Source: Candidatus Harrisonbacteria bacterium | GTDB taxonomy: Bacteria > Patescibacteriota > Minisyncoccia > UBA6257 > 02-FULL-45-10c | Assembly (NCBI GenBank): GCA_016192685.1 | Contig: JACPTS010000001.1 | Span: 458,628-522,627, forward strand | DNA length: 64,000 nucleotides | Direction: 5' to 3' | Position numbers and translations under genes: made by a program | Shown: positions 57,623-64,000 of the stretch, in pieces | How the letters are laid out: every line of letters begins with the position of its first letter | Numbering within the stretch: the stretch's first letter is position 1 | Notes under the pieces: model-generated | The model's input: only the letters and a program-made list of their open reading frames with translations | Told to the model about the DNA's origin: nothing | The model's database searches: none

Positions 57623-59077
57623 CATTTCAAGTAAAGTGGTAGGTTTTGATGATATTGTTGCAAGTTCTTGATAGCCATTTTTGAATGTAAAACTCGCTAT
57701 TTTTTGATTTCTAATTTTGCAGTTCGAAAGTAAATTATTTAGCAATTCTCTCTTTTCTTCATTTTTTGCAAATTTAAATACTTTTGCCGCTGTTTGTGCT
57801 TTAAAAAAGGCATTTCTCATTTGTTCGAAAGTAATAACATCCTTCTGATCATTTTCATTTGTTTTGGTTTCTAAACTTACTACCTCATTCTGTAGTTCCC
57901 TCATTTTTGATTCATAAACCTCTTTAGAAATGATTCCGGAGATATAAGTGTCTAATAATCTATTCTTTTTATCCTTAACGCTATTAAGCTCTTTTAAACG
58001 CATTTCTTCCATCTTTTCTGAACGATCATACTCAACCTTATATTTTTCTTTGTCAGCTTCAAATGCCAATTCAACCAATTTTTCATCAAACTGAAGTTTT
58101 TGTAGAAGTTTAGAGATAAGATTCTCGGCATCTTTGGAAGTAAGGTGTTTATTCCTTTGGTTGCAGATTCCTTTTCCGTTTGTGCAGTAATAGTAAATAT
58201 ATTTTCCTTTTTGAAGCGTAGCGGTTAGTAGGCATCCACAAACATCACAATTCATAAACCCACGAAGGGGGAAGCAATTCTTTTTCTTTTTTGATTTATT
58301 ATTTCCACCAAGGATTTCATTTGCTTTATCGAATAAATCTTTGCTTATAAGCGGTTCATGATTGCCGCGATAATAAATTCCTTGTTTAAGCATTACCCCA
58401 TAATAAAAAGGATTTCTAAGAATAAAATAAATTGTGCTTTTGGAAATTTTTTGACCAGACTTTGGTCTGTACCCATCTTCGTAAAGTATATCCGCAAGTT
58501 CTTTTGGGGTGTATTTTTCAGTTGCGAACAATTCAAATATTCTTTTAATAACTAATGAGTATTTGGGGTCAATAATAATAGTCTGATTTGATTTGTCATT
58601 TAAATATCCAAAAGGAGCAATGCCTGGCCAACCGCCTTTTTCTAATTTGGCCCTAATACCTCGCTTTACATTTACCGATAAATCATCAACATACTTCTTA
58701 GCAATACCGAAGTCTAAGCTCATCATGAATTTGTCGTCAGAGATATTACGGAATACTTTTTCCGGAGTTTTGATTTCAGTAATTAAACCTCTATCCATAA
58801 ACCAAGATACCTTTCCACCATCTAAGGCATTACGAGCTAAACGATCTAATTTCCAAACTAACAGACCACAATTATTTTTCTTTTCTATGAATTTCAGCAT
58901 TTCTTCAAAGATAGGTCTTCCCGGAGCTTTGGCTGACATGGATTCTTTATAGATTTTAATAACATTTAAACTATCTTTTTTAGCTAAACATAATAGTTCT
59001 GATTCTTGAGAATCTATTGATTGCACCTGACGATCTTCTGCCTCTGATGATTTACGACAATAAATTATATAGTTCAT
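57593..59077 (-). CDS. Large serine recombinase (resolvase/integrase family)
   Basis: N-terminal catalytic domain YCRKSS...QSIDSQ, recombinase domain, C-terminal zinc ribbon CDVCGC...YYYCTNGKGIC; 494 aa. Confidence 0.8.
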   Translation of the reverse strand: MNYIIYCRKSSEAEDRQVQSIDSQESELLCLAKKDSLNVIKIYKESMSAKAPGRPIFEEMLKFIEKKNNCGLLVWKLDRLARNALDGGKVSWFMDRGLITEIKTPEKVFRNISDDKFMMSLDFGIAKKYVDDLSVNVKRGIRAKLEKGGWPGIAPFGYLNDKSNQTIIIDPKYSLVIKRIFELFATEKYTPKELADILYEDGYRPKSGQKISKSTIYFILRNPFYYGVMLKQGIYYRGNHEPLISKDLFDKANEILGGNNKSKKKKNCFPLRGFMNCDVCGCLLTATLQKGKYIYYYCTNGKGICNQRNKHLTSKDAENLISKLLQKLQFDEKLVELAFEADKEKYKVEYDRSEKMEEMRLKELNSVKDKKNRLLDTYISGIISKEVYESKMRELQNEVVSLETKTNENDQKDVITFEQMRNAFFKAQTAAKVFKFAKNEEKRELLNNLLSNCKIRNQKIASFTFKNGYQELATISSKPTTLLEMRGRKESNPD

Positions 59078-59808
59078 AATTTTTCTTTTAAATAAAATTT
59101 CTTTGTGATTTTACCAGTAAAGTAATTTTCTCCAGACCAATTTTTGAATGATTCTTTTTTATCATACCGGCGCTTAAGTTCTTCAGCAAGTTTTCCGCGG
59201 ATAACTATTTCTTTTGGAAATCCGTGAGATATGCGTAGTAGTCGCATCGCATTAAATAAAACTTCTCCAGCACCTTTAGTTATATATTTACTTATATAAT
59301 ACGCCAACTTTCTAGAACCATCAGTCTTTCGCGCATCCACAAAACCTTGTCCCCATAATTTCGCAAGGATTCGGGTTTTACGTTCATCTCCGTAAGAAAT
59401 AATCCGTCTACCAATTTTCGTATCTCCAAGAGACAAGGGCACGTTAAAAACAAGGCCATGAAAATGGATTCGTCCTCGCGGGGAGAGTTCTGGAACAAAG
59501 AGGGATTGGGCTTTAGGAAATTTAGTTTGCAACCGCACTTGGAAGCGGCGAAGGGAATCGTTTGCAAATGAAGCATCTGAGGCGTCACCTTTAAAGGTGA
59601 GCGTAACCAAGAGCGGGCATCCAAATTCTTCAAGAGCAGAAGACAAGCGCCGCACACATATTTGTTTTGTTCGCCAAATATTATCGCGTCTTCGAGGACC
59701 GTATATAATACGCCTTGCCCTGGGAGAGTATACGCGTATTTTGGATGGCTCTTTTTCGGTTTCTGTGATTTCAACGATTTCGCCATATTTTCGATAAATA
59801 ACTGGCAT
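59074..59808 (-). CDS. HUH rolling-circle replication initiator (pC194/Rep_1-like)
   Basis: Motif I LLVTLTF, motif II HFHGLVF (HUH), motif III YYISKYITK (Y..K); 4-nt overlap with the recombinase start. Confidence 0.6.
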   Translation of the reverse strand: MPVIYRKYGEIVEITETEKEPSKIRVYSPRARRIIYGPRRRDNIWRTKQICVRRLSSALEEFGCPLLVTLTFKGDASDASFANDSLRRFQVRLQTKFPKAQSLFVPELSPRGRIHFHGLVFNVPLSLGDTKIGRRIISYGDERKTRILAKLWGQGFVDARKTDGSRKLAYYISKYITKGAGEVLFNAMRLLRISHGFPKEIVIRGKLAEELKRRYDKKESFKNWSGENYFTGKITKKFYLKEKL

Positions 59809-59837
59809 TGATTAAATATCAGTTTTACAACTGTGAG

Positions 59838-59882
59838 GATATATCAAGTCAGGAGGAGTCCTCGCAGAGCGAGGACTCCTCC
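59838..59882 (-). promoter_or_regulatory. Candidate double-strand origin (dso): CTTGATA nick motif adjacent to a 14-bp GC-rich perfect hairpin
   Basis: Minus-strand cttgata (plus-strand tatcaag at 59842-59848), next to ggaggagtcctcgc aga gcgaggactcctcc (59852-59882), ~45 nt upstream of the rep start. Confidence 0.45.
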
Positions 59883-60114
59883 TTCTTAATAGGGAAAACC
59901 CGACAGACTAATCCAGCTAAATTCGCCAAAGACGATAAAAATTCAGCCGCGCCCTCTTTACTAATTGGCCGACCTTTTATTTCAAAATATTGAATTGTTT
60001 TATTGATTAGTTCTTCGCTGAATTGATCCATAAGCAAACTTTAATTTGCCCATTTGACGGAAAACGGGTATAAACTTACAGATAAGTTCAAAATTCAGCT
60101 AACTTTCGTTTTTT

Positions 60115-61044
60115 ATGCTTAAAAAACTATTTGGAAATAAAGTTAAAAAAATACCCAGGGTTTTCCCAAGTGGAGTTTTAACATTTGAAAAATCTGGTCA
60201 CACATTAACTCAAGATAAAAATTTCTATGTGTGTTCTAAAAAACAAAAAGGAGTGTGTGAAAATGATAATGAAACTCGCCTAAAAGCAGAAATTTTTCAA
60301 AGGAATTTTTCTAGATTAGCTATGAAATTTTCTATACCTGACGGGAATCAAGCGTTTCTTTCTAAAAATATGGTAGCCAAAATTTTACATGCTTTTATAG
60401 ATGAAATAACCGAATCCAATTTAGACACCGAGTTTTTTGATACAACTATTGATGTAATGGAGCAAGAATCTGGAATTAATAAAAAACAATATAAAACCGA
60501 CTTTAAAGATGCAAAAAATAGCTATGTAGCCATACAAAATGAAAATACAATATTGCCTCTTGCCTCAATACTTATTTCAGTAATCATAACTTTTATAAGA
60601 CAAGACAAATCAGAAGCAGAAATGGGAGCAGTTCTAGCGTATTTATCCGATAAAGTTTATTTATCTGATAGCGGCAAAATTAACAAAATTAAATTTAACA
60701 AATTAGGAAATTATATAGTGCAATATATTCAAAAATATCTCCCAAACTATGGAAATTCATTTAAGCATTTACTTACTAATGCTGAAAAATTTGAGACTTT
60801 AGAATTTAAAAATGTAGCAAAATTAATACGAAAAGGAGAAATGGATAATTTGCTTCCGTATGATCCATTTCAATCTAGCTATACTATTAGCAAATACATA
60901 AAATTAACCTTTTCAAATATCTTAGAACTAAAACCGGAAAGGGCAATTGATCATTTAAAGTTTCTTGGCTCTGACCTACAATGGTGGGCGATAAATAATT
61001 TATTAAGATTAATTGGAATAAAGCCAGTTAAAAAAGATGAATGA
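60115..61044 (+). CDS. Hypothetical protein (element cargo)
   Basis: 309 aa, AT-rich codon usage, no motif. Confidence 0.35.
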   Translation: MLKKLFGNKVKKIPRVFPSGVLTFEKSGHTLTQDKNFYVCSKKQKGVCENDNETRLKAEIFQRNFSRLAMKFSIPDGNQAFLSKNMVAKILHAFIDEITESNLDTEFFDTTIDVMEQESGINKKQYKTDFKDAKNSYVAIQNENTILPLASILISVIITFIRQDKSEAEMGAVLAYLSDKVYLSDSGKINKIKFNKLGNYIVQYIQKYLPNYGNSFKHLLTNAEKFETLEFKNVAKLIRKGEMDNLLPYDPFQSSYTISKYIKLTFSNILELKPERAIDHLKFLGSDLQWWAINNLLRLIGIKPVKKDE

Positions 61045-61098
61045 ATAAGTTATACTTTAACTAACAATTTAATTGCCTAAACCTTAATTTATTAGGGC

Positions 61099-62361
61099 AT
61101 GGCTAAAAGACCCGATGAAGATACTGAACCCCGCGTTCAGCAACTCTTCATCGGGCCATATTGGGAAACTGATATGGGGTCGCAAGACCTAGCTGGTGCG
61201 GGGTTTAGTATTTATATGGCATTAACTAAATGTAATGAATGTGGCGGAGAAGTATCAGATAAAGCATCTATTTGCCCGCATTGTGGTAATCCAATTCATA
61301 CTGAACCTAACTCAATAATTAACCCCCCACCTTTACCAATTTCAGAAATAAATATAGAAGAAAAACCGGGGATTCTTTTTAAAATTACTTATACAATATT
61401 ATGGATATTTGCTGTATTAATAATAGTTTTTGTTCTCATACTTGTAATTGGGCCATTTATACTCCCAAATAATCTTTATAAAGACCTTATATTACAAGAA
61501 CTGACGAATTCACCAACAAACCTTTTCCAAAAGCAGTGGTGGCAAGAATTTCAACAGAAGATACCACAAACAAAAGATTCTTCCCCAACGTCATCAACAA
61601 AAATTATTTTTAATCCAAAACTTATTTCTGATAGTAAATTTTCATTCTATACATTGAACGTAGGAAAGAACGAAGACCATAATATATCTTATAGAGACGA
61701 GCAAGGAATAATAAAATTACTTAATACAATAAATTATCCACCCAAATTAACACAAAATTTAATCATAATTTTTATAAATCCAGATGATGTAACTTCAGAT
61801 ATGATACTTGTAAATCCGGATAAAACTTGGTTAAATTTTTCTGATAATAGAACTGCAGAGGGTGGGCTTTATGCAACAAATAAAAATTGGCATTGGATTG
61901 AAATTAATAAACCAGTACCATCATTTACTGGAGCAATTTTAATTCATGAGCTCGGTCATCGTGTAGCTACAGAATTAACTCAACAAGAATGGGATAATTA
62001 CTATAAACTCCGAGGTATATCAGCTAATACATCAAGAAATATAAATAATTGGATTTTATCCCCACAAGAAGATTTTGCCGAAGTTTTTAAATATATTTTT
62101 CGCCAAGGAGACCCTAAAATATCCGTAGAATGGCAGATCCGAACTCAATATGGAAATGTTATACCAACAAATGAATTGATTGAACCAGTAATAACGGGAT
62201 GTGATTCTTTATTCGGAAGAGCCGATCAAAAGAAATTACAAAGTTGTAGAAATGCTAATAGCGGAGCGCTCGATTGGGTTGGTAGGCCTTTATATTTTAG
62301 GGTTACTGATTCAGCAACAGAACAATTTATCAGAAATATTATTAAAAGATTATTGCAATAA
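61099..62361 (+). CDS. Membrane-anchored protein with N-terminal zinc ribbon and C-terminal HExxH zincin-like domain
   Basis: CNECGG...CPHCGN zinc ribbon, one TM helix (ILWIFAVLIIVFVLILVIGPFIL), HELGH motif with downstream Glu. Confidence 0.45.
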   Translation: MAKRPDEDTEPRVQQLFIGPYWETDMGSQDLAGAGFSIYMALTKCNECGGEVSDKASICPHCGNPIHTEPNSIINPPPLPISEINIEEKPGILFKITYTILWIFAVLIIVFVLILVIGPFILPNNLYKDLILQELTNSPTNLFQKQWWQEFQQKIPQTKDSSPTSSTKIIFNPKLISDSKFSFYTLNVGKNEDHNISYRDEQGIIKLLNTINYPPKLTQNLIIIFINPDDVTSDMILVNPDKTWLNFSDNRTAEGGLYATNKNWHWIEINKPVPSFTGAILIHELGHRVATELTQQEWDNYYKLRGISANTSRNINNWILSPQEDFAEVFKYIFRQGDPKISVEWQIRTQYGNVIPTNELIEPVITGCDSLFGRADQKKLQSCRNANSGALDWVGRPLYFRVTDSATEQFIRNIIKRLLQ

Positions 62362-62368
62362 TTTAATT

Positions 62369-62842
62369 ATGAAAAATATTGAATTTTCAAGAGAATTAAT
62401 AAAGGGCAGGATTGCTGAAGTAATATTTGAACAAATGATCCGTGAGGAAGAAAAATATACTGTTATACCATTTGGCTATGAGCATACTATGCCCACACTT
62501 GCTCAATACAGGCATCTCGCAGAAATCCCTAAAATTATTGATAATATTGCAGACGCTCCCGACTTCGCTCTTATTTCAGAAAATAACAATGAAATCTTTC
62601 TTGTTGAAGTGAAGTATCAACACAAACTTAATCTCGCCAAACTCGAAGAATATGCTAATAAATTATTAAACCGATGGGACTACCCATGGCTTTTTGTGGC
62701 AACGCTTGATGGCTTTTATTGTGGTTTATGTAAATGGATTGTTGATGAGAAAAAGATCAACAAATTATCAGAAAATTGGGTTACAAAAGAACGCCAAGTA
62801 GAATACTTAGAATTATTGAAAGAATTTGAAAAACAGTCTTAA
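62369..62842 (+). CDS. PD-(D/E)xK nuclease-fold protein
   Basis: Motif PDFALI...EIFLVEVKYQ (D...E-x-K); the ORF-track start at 62201 overlaps the upstream gene, and the ATG at 62369 is preferred. Confidence 0.45.
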   Translation: MKNIEFSRELIKGRIAEVIFEQMIREEEKYTVIPFGYEHTMPTLAQYRHLAEIPKIIDNIADAPDFALISENNNEIFLVEVKYQHKLNLAKLEEYANKLLNRWDYPWLFVATLDGFYCGLCKWIVDEKKINKLSENWVTKERQVEYLELLKEFEKQS

Positions 62843-62907
62843 TTCTTGCTTGATTATCTTAAAATTTAGATATATTATTTATCATGGCTTGAAGAAACTT
62901 TTTAATT

Positions 62908-63549
62908 ATGGACGATGAATTTATCTATACATTATTTTTTACAAAAGAAGAGATAAAAAAGTTTTTGGAAGATTATAGTATACCAGAAACGAAAGATTAC
63001 GAATTTGTTGTCGCAGTTATTTTTCACCATTATTTTTCTGAAAAAAACCAAAGAAATAAATACTGGATTGGTTTCAAAATACGGTTAGATTACTTAAAAA
63101 TTTTACCATCCCGTGGCTCTAAGGAGCCAAGAAAGCTATCAGAAATTGCAGAACTTTTTAGAAAAGGCATTGACGAAAACTCTATTATTGATTTTATTAT
63201 CGCAAAAGAAGTAAATATAAAAAAAGCAGAAGTAAAAACTTTTCAAGTAAAACGATTTGGTATAGGTAGAACAAAAAAAGACACAAATGAATTAATTGCT
63301 TATCTTAAAAATTTATTCATGCGTAAATATGGTAAAAAAGCAAAAACCGATCTTGTTGTTGTTCTAGATAATGGAGTAAACATTGATATGAAAAAATTAT
63401 ATGCCGAGATTAATACAGTTAATAATCCCTTCGATAGAGTATTATTTATATGGTTTGACGATAAGATGGTCTATCTAAGTCATGTATATCCACGAGGCGG
63501 TATAGAGAAGTGTCCGATTATTGATATTTTCCCCACATTAACACTATGA
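62908..63549 (+). CDS. Hypothetical protein (element cargo)
   Basis: 213 aa, no motif. Confidence 0.3.
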   Translation: MDDEFIYTLFFTKEEIKKFLEDYSIPETKDYEFVVAVIFHHYFSEKNQRNKYWIGFKIRLDYLKILPSRGSKEPRKLSEIAELFRKGIDENSIIDFIIAKEVNIKKAEVKTFQVKRFGIGRTKKDTNELIAYLKNLFMRKYGKKAKTDLVVVLDNGVNIDMKKLYAEINTVNNPFDRVLFIWFDDKMVYLSHVYPRGGIEKCPIIDIFPTLTL

Positions 63550-63731
63550 AGCAATAAGATTTACATTATCTTACTTTCTATTAATTTGGTTCGAAAATCG
63601 TTTAATACAGCCCGCCAGCTGATTATTCTTTATTAAGCTATTTTTATTGAGGAATTTTTTCTTGATTTTTGGGTTTTTAAATCGTAGTATACATAAGAAA
63701 GTTCTTTAATAAATTGGGGAGCGCCCATATA

Positions 63732-64000
63732 TGCAAAATTTTGATTTGTTTGCCAGGTTTTTAGTAGAATCAAACTTAATTGAAAATATAGAAGATAATT
63801 TGGATTTTGTCAGGGAAGAATTAAGATGCGGCGCAAAAGACGGCCATGCCGGGGCGATTCTTTATCTGGAAAAGTTAGCACAGGATAAAAGCCATCTGCT
63901 GATTGAGGCGGATATAAAAAAGGTTCAAGGTTTAATTACCAAAGAGCAGGGAGAAAAAAGATTTGATCTTATTTTAAAACCAAAGTGGATAGGCAATTAT
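63732..64000 (+). CDS. Hypothetical protein, 3' partial at window end
   Basis: ATG at 63732 with an open frame to the end of the window (MQNFDLFARFLVESNLIENIED...). Confidence 0.25.

Larger units (their letters stand above)
57593..64000. mobile_element. Integrated element abutting the tRNA-Trp 3' end: serine recombinase + rolling-circle Rep + cargo; right boundary not found and probably beyond the window
   Basis: Recombinase ORF overlaps the tRNA-Trp 3' end by 30 nt; pC194-type Rep with nick-site/hairpin origin; region is visibly more AT-rich and Lys/Asn/Ile-rich than the upstream housekeeping genes. Confidence 0.55.

Noticed and set aside
59800-64000. Search for an attR copy of the tRNA-Trp 3' end (ggttcgattccttgcgccccc) to delimit the integrated element
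   Set aside because: Only a weak ggttcgaaaatcg match at ~63590 was seen. Serine recombinases also use a 2-bp crossover, which does not create long duplications. The right boundary is left undefined and is probably outside the window.

Overview
This is a low-GC chromosomal segment that probably comes from a small-genome, CPR/Patescibacteria-like bacterium; that assignment is an inference from compact housekeeping proteins, a monoderm-style type IV pilus set and tRNA group I introns. From 5' to 3' the window contains: (1) a complete type IV pilus locus (pilB partial, pilT, pilC, major pilin, prepilin peptidase, three minor pilins), followed by an M16 peptidase, secreted Cys-rich proteins, a PilX-like protein and two paralogous membrane-anchored S8 subtilisins; (2) a long housekeeping stretch (ligA, gatCAB split in two places, pheST, gyrB, secE-nusG-rplK, thrS, dnaE, rpmF, nusB, rnc, ftsH, smc-like, rpsP, trmD, rpsB, tsf); (3) eight tRNA genes, three of them (Asp-GUC, CAU, Thr-GGU) interrupted by ~215-250 nt group I introns, one with a free-standing LAGLIDADG endonuclease gene abutting it; (4) at the 3' end, a tRNA cluster followed by an AT-richer integrated element encoding a large serine recombinase, a pC194-type HUH rolling-circle Rep with a candidate origin, and uncharacterised cargo (zinc-ribbon/HExxH membrane protein, PD-(D/E)xK nuclease). 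Several small repeat families stand out: a GAGCACATAA palindromic hairpin reused in terminators, introns and a tRNA-like element; GC-rich palindromic elements inserted in-frame into ligA and gatB plus one intergenic copy; and AAGTT-periodic in-frame insertions (SSKLKVKS-like peptides) in pheS, trmD and ligA. No rRNA or CRISPR array was seen. All calls rest on motif reading of the supplied translations and sequence; no database searches were run.
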